A stretch of 32,776 bases of DNA from Acutalibacteraceae bacterium (GCA_045121735.1 JBGVGP010000202.1:1-32776), one strand, 5' to 3'. Shown: positions 24,144 through 30,691, numbered from the stretch's first letter. A program made the numbers and translations. Notes: generated from the sequence alone by a model not told the origin.

Positions 24144-24195
24144 AAGGCTCCCTCGCTGAGGGAGCTGTCAAAATCTATGATTTTGACTGAGGGAG
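24144..24195 (+). repeat. Hairpin + GTCAAAATC palindrome + purine module, copy 2
   Basis: GCTCCCTC-gct-GAGGGAGC, then T GTCAAAATC-tat-GATTTTGAC T GAGGGAG. Confidence 0.85.
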
Positions 24196-24204
24196 TAAAA
24201 ACCA

Positions 24205-24238
24205 CACACGCACGATTAAGTTCGGGCGTGACTTTTTA
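24205..24238 (+). terminator. Terminator (GTCACGCGCGA family, copy 2, one mismatch)
   Basis: CACGCACGA-ttaagt-TCGGGCGTG AC TTTTT. Confidence 0.65.
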
Positions 24239-24297
24239 TTTTTATGTGATTTAAAAAGTACCGAGGGTCTGACGGAGAGTGTCCTGACTACTGCACC

Positions 24298-24382
24298 TTT
24301 TTCATACGCCACAGCGTATTTCATAGCGCAGCTATTTCATATCCGCAGGATATTTCATAAATCCGTAAGGATTTATTTCATT
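24298..24382 (+). repeat. Array of four mini-hairpins separated by (A)TTTCAT
   Basis: TTTCAT occurs at 24300, 24319, 24335, 24353 and 24376. The intervening palindromes are ACGC-caca-GCGT, AGC-gca-GCT, ATCC-gca-GGAT and AAATCC-gtaa-GGATTT. Confidence 0.75.
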
Positions 24383-24385
24383 GTC

Positions 24386-24494
24386 CCCTGGCTACTCACT
24401 ACTCTCTACTGCGCTGTCAGGCGCCCTGGCTACTCACTACTCTCTACTGCGCCGTCAGGCGCCCCTGACTACTGCCTACTGCCTACTGACTACT
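24386..24494 (+). repeat. 38-bp tandem direct repeat x2 plus heptad tail
   Basis: CCCTGGCTACTCACTACTCTCTACTGCGC(T/C)GTCAGGCG at 24386 and 24424, with 1 mismatch. The tail is CTGACTA CTGCCTA CTGCCTA CTGACTA (24465-24494). Confidence 0.85.
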
Positions 24495-24507
24495 TTTAAA
24501 TTCCCCC

Positions 24508-24536
24508 TTGACAATCGTATTACCCTGTGCTATATT
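24508..24536 (+). promoter_or_regulatory. Promoter of the padR operon
   Basis: TTGACA (24508-24513), 17 nt, TGc-TATATT (24528-24536). Confidence 0.7.
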
Positions 24537-24539
24537 ATA

Positions 24540-24569
24540 CATAGATAGTCGAGGCATAGATACTCGAGG
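24540..24569 (+). promoter_or_regulatory. Tandem 15-nt direct repeat at the predicted padR transcription start (operator candidate)
   Basis: CATAGATAGTCGAGG followed by CATAGATACTCGAGG (14 of 15 identical), immediately downstream of the -10. Confidence 0.4.
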
Positions 24570-24604
24570 GCACTTTAAATATAATTTTAAAAGGAGGGTT
24601 TTTC

Positions 24605-24952
24605 TTGAATATAAGCAAGGAGCTCGCAAAGGGCAGCACAGCAATGCTTGTTTTAAGTGTGCTTTCAAAGGAAAATCTTTACGGATACCAGATTATCCGT
24701 ACCGTAGCAAATTTATCCGACGACGTTTTTCAGATGAATGAGGGTACTCTTTACCCCATTCTGCACTCACTTGAAAAAAACGGTATGCTTGAAAGCTACT
24801 GGAGCGAGGCAAGTGAAACCGTAAGACGCAGAAAATACTATAAAATCACCGACAAGGGCTTAAAGGAGCTTGCAAAGCAGAACAAAGAATGGAAGGAGTA
24901 TTCCACAGCCGTTTCCAAAGTGTTGGGAGGTGCAGCTCATGTTACCGCTTGA
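24605..24952 (+). CDS. PadR family transcriptional regulator
   Basis: 115 aa winged-helix (LYGYQIIR...MNEGTLYPILHSLEKNGMLESYW...RRKYYKITDKG). TTG start behind AAGGAGGG. Confidence 0.85.
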   Translation: MNISKELAKGSTAMLVLSVLSKENLYGYQIIRTVANLSDDVFQMNEGTLYPILHSLEKNGMLESYWSEASETVRRRKYYKITDKGLKELAKQNKEWKEYSTAVSKVLGGAAHVTA

Positions 24953-26606
24953 CTTTGATTCTTATGTAAAAGAAATCTGTAAGGATATAAAATCAAGACC
25001 GAGACGTGAAGAGGTTGAAGAGGAGCTGCTTTGTCATCTCGAGGATAACTACGAAAGAAATCTCAATATCGGTATGACCGAGGAAGAGGCAAGGCTCAAT
25101 GCCATTAAAGAAATGGGGGACGGTGAATTACTTTCCTATTATATTTCACAGGTCAATTCAGATTCACCGCTGAAAAATATGAATTCTGCACTTATAGGTA
25201 TAATAAGCGGATTTGTAGGCCTTAACTTCCTGTTTTCAGGCGTTGTAAAGGAGACTGCAGTCGCTTTTGGCTTTATACTTATGTTCCTCCCTCTTTTAAG
25301 AATGAGGAAAATGAACAAAAAGGCAGAAGCCGCCCTTCACTTTTTCAATTTTTATGCCCTTTCACAGCTTTTTTATTACTGCATAAGCATAGGCAATATA
25401 CTTCCTCAATGGGTGTTTTACACTTATATAATTGTTAATTCTCTTTTTGAGGGTCTTTTCTGGATTTTCCTTTTCTCTTCAATTTATGAGCTTTGCAGTA
25501 ATAACCTTGATGAAGAAGCAAAAAAAACAAGGCTTGTTTTCTGCGGTGTGTTTTACATGCTTTTATCCTTTCTGTCAGGCTATATTCTTATTCTCTCCGA
25601 GGGTGAAAGCGTACACATTGATGATTTCATCATGCCTTTAATTCTGATTTTTATGTTCATATTTACTCTTGTTCAGCTTTTCAGGGCAAAAAGTCTTTTA
25701 TGGGCAGCTGACAGTGAGTACGGTATTGAGTCTGCAAACAAAAAGAATCTTGCCGTTTATTACTGTGCAGGACTTTTCTGCCTTATTACAATAATCGGCT
25801 GCAACTATTTTGCCTCAACAAAGGAGCCTGTAAAGGCAGAGCATATAATTCACGATGTTTCACAGGAAGAACAAAAGGAAGCCGACAGGGTAAGACAGAA
25901 AATGCTCAAGTGGGACGTTGACCCACAGATTGTTGAGGATTTACCCGACAGCGAAATTCTGAACTATAAGGATGCTGAATTTGTTTCTTTCGGTGCTGAC
26001 GGCGGAAGCCTCGGCGGTTCATCCTACGACAGCGGAGCAAGCAGTGACCTTTACTACTATTGGTTTTTCATTCCCGATAAGGAATACGAGGGTAATTATG
26101 ATGTAAGGCTGCTTTGTTATATTGAAAGTCACTATGCAGACAAGGTAAAAAGCCTTTACCGGAAAGGCTTTTACTATATGCCGTGGCAGAATTATTCCTA
26201 CGGCTTCGACATTTTTCCCCTTAACTTTGAGGATGAGTTCAACGGCTCTTACATTGGTATAATCACCGAAGAAAAGGGAAAGAAATACAATGCAGAGCCC
26301 TTTTTCACTTACAGAATCAAGGATACCGAGGAAGGATTTCCGAATGATTACCCCAAGGGCTTTGAATACAGAGAGGAAAAGGGGCAACGGGTATATTTTG
26401 CCATACCATTTGGTGTAGCCAACCCCGAGGAATTTGAAGCCACAATATATGCGGCAACGGTAAGGCAGCGTTGGTTTACGGGCTTTAATTACAAAAGCTC
26501 TGCCGAATATATCAGAACTATTTTCAAGGGTGACAGCCTGCATATACCTCAGGATACTTATATGCCCTATTATTACAGGCTGCATAATATTTATAGTAGT
26601 AAGTAG
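24939..26606 (+). CDS. PadR-associated multi-pass membrane protein with large C-terminal domain
   Basis: ATG at 24939 (RBS GGGAGG) overlaps the padR end by 14 nt. N-terminal DUF1700-like helical prefix (DFDSYVKEICKDI...EEELLCHLEDNYE), about 6 TM helices, then a ~260-aa Tyr-rich soluble domain. Confidence 0.65.
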   Translation: MLPLDFDSYVKEICKDIKSRPRREEVEEELLCHLEDNYERNLNIGMTEEEARLNAIKEMGDGELLSYYISQVNSDSPLKNMNSALIGIISGFVGLNFLFSGVVKETAVAFGFILMFLPLLRMRKMNKKAEAALHFFNFYALSQLFYYCISIGNILPQWVFYTYIIVNSLFEGLFWIFLFSSIYELCSNNLDEEAKKTRLVFCGVFYMLLSFLSGYILILSEGESVHIDDFIMPLILIFMFIFTLVQLFRAKSLLWAADSEYGIESANKKNLAVYYCAGLFCLITIIGCNYFASTKEPVKAEHIIHDVSQEEQKEADRVRQKMLKWDVDPQIVEDLPDSEILNYKDAEFVSFGADGGSLGGSSYDSGASSDLYYYWFFIPDKEYEGNYDVRLLCYIESHYADKVKSLYRKGFYYMPWQNYSYGFDIFPLNFEDEFNGSYIGIITEEKGKKYNAEPFFTYRIKDTEEGFPNDYPKGFEYREEKGQRVYFAIPFGVANPEEFEATIYAATVRQRWFTGFNYKSSAEYIRTIFKGDSLHIPQDTYMPYYYRLHNIYSSK

Positions 26607-26636
26607 TAAGTAGTGAGTAGTCAGTAGTCAGTAGTC
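26595..26636 (+). repeat. Heptad array (AGTAGTA x2, AGTAGTG, AGTAGTC x3)
   Basis: Six units. The last four codons and the TAG stop (26604-26606) of the upstream gene lie inside the array. Confidence 0.9.
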
Positions 26637-26667
26637 ACGCGCGATTAAGTTCGAGCGTGACTTTTTT
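26634..26667 (+). terminator. Terminator (GTCACGCGCGA family, copy 3)
   Basis: GTCACGCGCGA-ttaagt-TCGAGCGTGAC plus TTTTTT. Confidence 0.8.
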
Positions 26668-26695
26668 GTTTACATCCGCACGCAGTAAGGACCAA

Positions 26696-26746
26696 GGACT
26701 CCCTCCGTCACGGCTTTGCCGTGCCACCTCCCTCAAGGAGGGAGAC
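26696..26746 (+). repeat. Y-hairpin-Y'-R element, copy 3
   Basis: CTCCCTCC GT CACGGC-ttt-GCCGTG CCA C CTCCCTC aag GAGGGAG. Confidence 0.85.
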
Positions 26747-26794
26747 TGGTGTTTATTACTGATGAAGTAGTAAAAAATACCCTTTGTATAAAAC

Positions 26795-26828
26795 AAAAGC
26801 AGGTGACGCAAAAATCACCTGCTTTTTA
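26795..26828. terminator. Orphan bidirectional terminator-like hairpin
   Basis: AAAGCAGGTGA-cgcaaaaa-TCACCTGCTTT plus TT. Both flanking genes already have their own terminators. Confidence 0.5.
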
Positions 26829-26853
26829 CTGTTCTCCGAAATGTCGGGCAAAA

Positions 26854-26883
26854 CTCGGACCTTGGCTCTTGGCCCTCAGCCCT
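26854..26883 (-). repeat. Heptad array (GGCCAAG type, minus-strand sense)
   Basis: + strand CTCGGAC CTTGGCT CTTGGCC CTCAGCC. Lies just beyond the glyQS terminator. Confidence 0.75.
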
Positions 26884-26913
26884 AAAAAAACCGCCCCGAA
26901 AGGGCGGTTTTTG
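26884..26913 (-). terminator. glyQS terminator (ACCGCCC...GGGCGGT family)
   Basis: Minus strand AAAAACCGCCC-tttcg-GGGCGGTTTTTTT. Confidence 0.85.
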
Positions 26914-26922
26914 CTACTATAA

Positions 26923-28308
26923 TCAAAACTCCATCTTTGCTTCAATATAAGCAACAAGCTCGTCAATCTTAACTCTTTCCTGCTGCATTGTGTCACGGTC
27001 ACGTACTGTTACACAGCCGTCCTCTGCTGACTCAAAGTCATAGGTGATACAGAAGGGAGTACCGATTTCGTCCTGACGGCGGTATCTCTTACCGATTGAG
27101 CCTGCATCGTCGAACTCTGTCATAAACTTCTTCTGAAGCATGTGGTAAACTTCCTCTGCTTCAGCATTAAGCTTCTTTGAAAGGGGAAGCACTGCTGCCT
27201 TGATGGGAGCAAGTGTGGGATGGAAGTGAAGCACAACTCTTGTGTCGTTCTTCTCTGCATCAACAACCTCTTCGTCGTAAGCCTCTGTCATAACGGCAAG
27301 GAAAAGTCTTTCTACGCCGAGAGAGGGCTCGATAACATAGGGGATGTATCTTTCGTTTGTGGTGGGATCGAAATAATCGAGAGCCTTACCTGATGTGTTG
27401 ATGTGCTGGGTAAGGTCGTAGTCTGTTCTGTCAGCAACGCCCCAAAGCTCACCCCAGCCGAAGGGGAAGAGGTACTCGAAGTCTGTTGTAGCCTTTGAGT
27501 AGAAGCAAAGCTCATCCTTATCGTGGTCACGGAGACGAAGGTTTTCTTCCTTGATATTGAGTGAGTAGAGCCAGTCACGGCAGTATGCTCTCCAGTAGTC
27601 GAACCACTCGAGGTCTGTGCCGGGCTTACAGAAGAATTCAAGCTCCATCTGTTCAAATTCGCGAACACGGAAGATGAAGTTACCGGGTGTGATTTCGTTA
27701 CGGAAGGATTTACCGATCTGTGCAACACCGAAGGGAACCTTTCTTCTTGTTGTTCTCTGGATATTTGCAAAGTTTACGAAAATACCCTGTGCAGTTTCGG
27801 GACGACGGTAAAGCTCATTCTTGCTGTCCTCGGTAACGCCCTGGAAGGTCTTGAACATAAGGTTGAACTGACGGATGTCAGTGAAGTTATGTGCGCCGCA
27901 GTCGGGACAGGGAATGTTCTTTTCATCTATGTAATTTTTCATTTCCTCGTTGGACCAGCCTGCAACGTTTGTGCCGTCAAAATTCTCGATAAGGTTATCG
28001 GCTCTGTGACGGGTCTTACATTCCTTACAGTCCATAAGAGGATCGGAGAAGCCGCCGAGGTGACCTGAAGCAACCCATGTCTGAGGATTCATAAGAATTG
28101 CTGAGTCAAGACCTACGTTGTAGGGGTTCTCCTGAACGAACTTCTTAAGCCATGCTTTCTTGATGTTGTTCTTAAGCTCAACGCCGAGAGGGCCGTAGTC
28201 CCATGTGTTTGCAAGGCCGCCGTAGATTTCACTGCCTGCATAAACGAAGCCTCTGCCTTTGCAAAGCGCAACGAGCTTTTCCATTGATTTTTCTGTGTTC
28301 TTAAGCAT
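26923..28308 (-). CDS. glyQS: Glycine--tRNA ligase (class II, alpha2 type)
   Basis: 461 aa. The N-terminus [34 protein letters not shown] and the rest are characteristic of dimeric GlyRS. Confidence 0.95.
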   Translation of the reverse strand: MLKNTEKSMEKLVALCKGRGFVYAGSEIYGGLANTWDYGPLGVELKNNIKKAWLKKFVQENPYNVGLDSAILMNPQTWVASGHLGGFSDPLMDCKECKTRHRADNLIENFDGTNVAGWSNEEMKNYIDEKNIPCPDCGAHNFTDIRQFNLMFKTFQGVTEDSKNELYRRPETAQGIFVNFANIQRTTRRKVPFGVAQIGKSFRNEITPGNFIFRVREFEQMELEFFCKPGTDLEWFDYWRAYCRDWLYSLNIKEENLRLRDHDKDELCFYSKATTDFEYLFPFGWGELWGVADRTDYDLTQHINTSGKALDYFDPTTNERYIPYVIEPSLGVERLFLAVMTEAYDEEVVDAEKNDTRVVLHFHPTLAPIKAAVLPLSKKLNAEAEEVYHMLQKKFMTEFDDAGSIGKRYRRQDEIGTPFCITYDFESAEDGCVTVRDRDTMQQERVKIDELVAYIEAKMEF

Positions 28309-28409
28309 ATAAAATACTTCCTTTCGGTCTTCTCCCTTTCACCGATGGCTTCGGCGTGGTAAGAAGGTAATTTTCAGGAATAAGGCCTGCGCCTTAAACT
28401 GTTCACAAT

Positions 28410-28438
28410 ATAATAATACAAAAGAGGAATAAAGTCAA
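28410..28438 (-). promoter_or_regulatory. Promoter of glyQS
   Basis: Minus strand TTGACT-17 nt-TATTAT, giving a leader of about 95 nt. Confidence 0.55.
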
Positions 28439-28446
28439 GGGTATTT

Positions 28447-28488
28447 GAGTAGTCAGTAGCCAGTAGTCAGGGCCGAGGACCGAGTAGG
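28447..28488 (+). repeat. Heptad array (mixed AGTAGTC and GGCCGAG types)
   Basis: GAGTAGT CAGTAGC CAGTAGT CAGGGCC GAGGACC GAGTAGG. Confidence 0.85.
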
Positions 28489-28512
28489 GACACGGCTTGC
28501 CGTGTCCGCAGG

Positions 28513-28561
28513 TTTCCCTCTCCGTCACTTCGTGACACCTCTCCCAAGGGGAGAGGCAAGG
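28513..28561 (+). repeat. Y-hairpin-Y'-R element, copy 4
   Basis: CCCTCTCC GTCAC-ttc-GTGAC A CCTCTCCC aag GGGAGAGG. Preceded by the hairpin GGACACGG-cttg-CCGTGTCC. Confidence 0.85.
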
Positions 28562-28616
28562 AGAGTAGCTCATATTGAAAAACGGCACCCTGTTTACTGG
28601 ATACCGTCTTGTGTAT

Positions 28617-28856
28617 TCAATTCAATTCGGGATGCTCGTTCTCAATTTTTAAAATAAGTTCATGGGGTGTCATGCCGAGGGCAAAGGATAATTTCCATAA
28701 GGTTTCAAAATTAGGAAGCTTTGAGGAATTTTCTATCATTGCAAGGTGGCTTCGCGCAATACCTGCAAGTCCGCTGCATACCTCCTGTGAAAGTCCTTTT
28801 TCTGTACGAAGACGCTTTATAACGCTCCCTATTACTTTTTTGTCAAGTTCTATCAT
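28617..28856 (-). CDS. XRE-family helix-turn-helix transcriptional regulator
   Basis: 79 aa from the ATG at 28856 (RBS AAGGTGGTG). HTH segment IKRLRTEKGLSQEVCSGLAGIARSHLAMIENS. Confidence 0.8.
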   Translation of the reverse strand: MIELDKKVIGSVIKRLRTEKGLSQEVCSGLAGIARSHLAMIENSSKLPNFETLWKLSFALGMTPHELILKIENEHPELN

Positions 28857-28916
28857 CGTAGACACCACCTTTTGTATTAGTGTAACCTTATGCAAAAAAA
28901 ATCATGTCTATTATCA

Positions 28917-28945
28917 TTGACAATTGTACAAATTTATGGTATGTT
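28917..28945 (+). promoter_or_regulatory. Promoter of the 28976 gene, divergent from XRE
   Basis: TTGACA (28917-28922), 17 nt, TATGTT. The near-palindrome CAATTGTACAAATT overlaps the -35 and spacer. Confidence 0.5.
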
Positions 28946-28975
28946 TGAATTACCAAAATAAAAGGAGTGTCAAAT

Positions 28976-29875
28976 ATGGATAACATAGTAGAATTAGCAA
29001 TTTTTGTACCTATACTTTTTGTATTGGAAGCACTTATGGTAGTCTTCTCCTTACTTTTTATGCACCATTCAGCAAAGCAGCTTAACCACAAGCTTTCACC
29101 TGCTTGGTATGTATGCGGTGTACTTTTTGGCTTGTGGACACTTATTGTTTTCCTTATCAAAAGAAAAGACTTTCCCGGAGAAGGCTTCAAGACATGTCCC
29201 TCATGCGGTGCTAAATATCCCGTTAACTATGAAATCTGCAGTCAGTGCCTTGTAGAATTGCCAGTTATAGATACCGAAAAACAGAAAAAGCATAAAAAGC
29301 TTGCAAAAATTTTCGGCGGCTCTATTATTGCAATGTATGTGCTTGCTGTAATTGCAGGTATTGTATTCGGTGCAGTTTTAACCTATTACGGTATTGATTC
29401 TTTTATGGATTCAACAGACAGAATTGCTGTTGAAGGTGTTTTCTACGATAAAAAAGGCTTAAGCTATGAAAACGACGACGATGTTCTTCTTTATGACAAG
29501 GACGGCAAGACCTATACCTACACCGTTGAAAAAGTATATAACGAAGAATTAGAAATGGAGTTTGATGAATACTATTACGTAAGTGACGACGGTAAAAAAT
29601 ATGCAGTTTATGACTGCTATGTAACAGAAGACGGTTGGTTCTACTGTGATAAGGGATACTTTCTTGAATATTATCTTCCCGATACAGATAAAATGAGTGA
29701 AGAAGAGCTTGACGCATATTATCAGGAGGAGCTTGAAAAGGATAACGGAGAATACAAATATTACAATTCCAAATATGTAGATAAAAAAGGTAACATCTAC
29801 TATATGGCTTATGAGGCATCATGGAATGAAAAGGGTGAGCTTATCACCGAAGAAAATGATGTAAGCGTTAAATAA
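28976..29875 (+). CDS. Membrane protein with zinc ribbon and Tyr/Asp/Glu-rich C-terminal domain
   Basis: ATG at 28976 behind AAAGGAG. Two TM helices, CPSCG...CSQC ribbon, a third TM helix, then an acidic Tyr-rich domain. Confidence 0.6.
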   Translation: MDNIVELAIFVPILFVLEALMVVFSLLFMHHSAKQLNHKLSPAWYVCGVLFGLWTLIVFLIKRKDFPGEGFKTCPSCGAKYPVNYEICSQCLVELPVIDTEKQKKHKKLAKIFGGSIIAMYVLAVIAGIVFGAVLTYYGIDSFMDSTDRIAVEGVFYDKKGLSYENDDDVLLYDKDGKTYTYTVEKVYNEELEMEFDEYYYVSDDGKKYAVYDCYVTEDGWFYCDKGYFLEYYLPDTDKMSEEELDAYYQEELEKDNGEYKYYNSKYVDKKGNIYYMAYEASWNEKGELITEENDVSVK

Positions 29876-29877
29876 AT

Positions 29878-29924
29878 AATCACACCGTCATGGTTTAACG
29901 AAACCAAGACGGTGTGATTTTTTC
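29878..29924 (+). terminator. Intrinsic terminator
   Basis: ATCACACCGTC ... GACGGTGTGAT (11 bp) plus TTTTTT. Confidence 0.8.
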
Positions 29925-29975
29925 ACTCGCCGTGCAGGCATTACTTTTTTTGTAAAAAAAGTAACCAAAAAAGCT

Positions 29976-30605
29976 TTACATTTTTCTGCCCTTACACCAC
30001 TCATTCATACAGCATTTTTCGCACTGCGGCCTTCTTGCAATACAAACTGCTCTGCCGTGAAGCACTGCCCTGTGACAGAAATCATTGCTCTTATCCGGGG
30101 CAATGATTTTTTTTAATTCAAGCTCTACCTTTTTCGGGTCCTTTGTGCTGACTAACCCTAACAGATTTGTAATTCTTATAAGATGCGTGTCGGCAACAAT
30201 TGCAGGCTGTCCGTAAACGTCACCCATAATAAGGTTTGCCGTTTTTCTGCCTATACCCGGAAGTGAGGTAAGCTTCTCGATTGAATCGGGCACCTTGCCG
30301 TCAAATTCGTCTCTTATTTTTATTGCAAGTCCCTTTATGTCACTTGCCTTCTGACGGTAAAAGCCGCAGGAGAAAATTATTTTTTCTATATCCTTTTCCT
30401 CTGCCTCACAGTAGCTTTCAAGGGTTGGGTACCTGCTGAAAAGGGCAGGGGTTACCTTGTTTACCCTTTCGTCGGTACACTGTGCCGAAAGCCTTGTTGC
30501 TATAAGCAGCTCAAGAGGATTTGATGCAACAAGTGAGCATAATGCATCGGGATATTCCTTTTCAAGTGCCGCAACACAAAAGGCTGCTCTTTGCTTTTTT
30601 GTCAT
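29976..30605 (-). CDS. nth: Endonuclease III
   Basis: HhH motif LPGIGRKTANLIMG and Fe-S cluster loop C-x6-C-x2-C-x5-C (CIARRPQCEKCCMNEWC). ATG at 30605 is better spaced from AAAAGGAA than 30614. Confidence 0.9.
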   Translation of the reverse strand: MTKKQRAAFCVAALEKEYPDALCSLVASNPLELLIATRLSAQCTDERVNKVTPALFSRYPTLESYCEAEEKDIEKIIFSCGFYRQKASDIKGLAIKIRDEFDGKVPDSIEKLTSLPGIGRKTANLIMGDVYGQPAIVADTHLIRITNLLGLVSTKDPKKVELELKKIIAPDKSNDFCHRAVLHGRAVCIARRPQCEKCCMNEWCKGRKM

Positions 30606-30639
30606 ATTTATCATTCCTTTTCTGCGCCCGAAGGGCGCT

Positions 30640-30660
30640 CTGACTACTGACTACCGGCTA
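30640..30660 (-). repeat. Heptad array (TAGTCAG type, minus-strand sense)
   Basis: + strand CTGACTA CTGACTA CCGGCTA, inside the ogg-nth spacer. Confidence 0.7.
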
Positions 30661-30664
30661 TTCA

Positions 30665-30691
30665 CGGTACGCCACATAGGGCGTACCCTAC
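30665..30691 (-). repeat. GGTACGCC hairpin element, copy 2
   Basis: Minus strand GTAGGGTACGCCCTATGTGGCGTACCG. The TAG stop of the ogg-like gene (30688-30690) is part of the element. Confidence 0.85.

Noticed and set aside
24386-24494. Possible CRISPR array, because of 38-bp direct repeats.
   Set aside because: The two units are directly adjacent with no spacers, there are only two of them, and no cas genes are in the window. This is a simple tandem duplication.
26716-26922. 68-aa + strand ORF between the 26606 gene and glyQS. Similar repeat-spanning ORFs are 28403-28588 (-), 24483-24668 (-) and 24508-24741 (+).
   Set aside because: All are composed of repeat modules and terminator hairpins and lack Shine-Dalgarno sequences. 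The 24508 ORF would start inside the padR promoter.
28309-28440. T-box leader upstream of glyQS, which is common for aminoacyl-tRNA synthetase genes in Firmicutes.
   Set aside because: The leader from the predicted promoter is only about 95 nt. On the minus strand I find no T-box consensus (AAnnGGGTGGTACCGCG-like) and no specifier-loop or antiterminator architecture. It has only two short hairpins, TAAGGC-gcag-GCCTTA and CGCCGA-agcca-TCGGTG.
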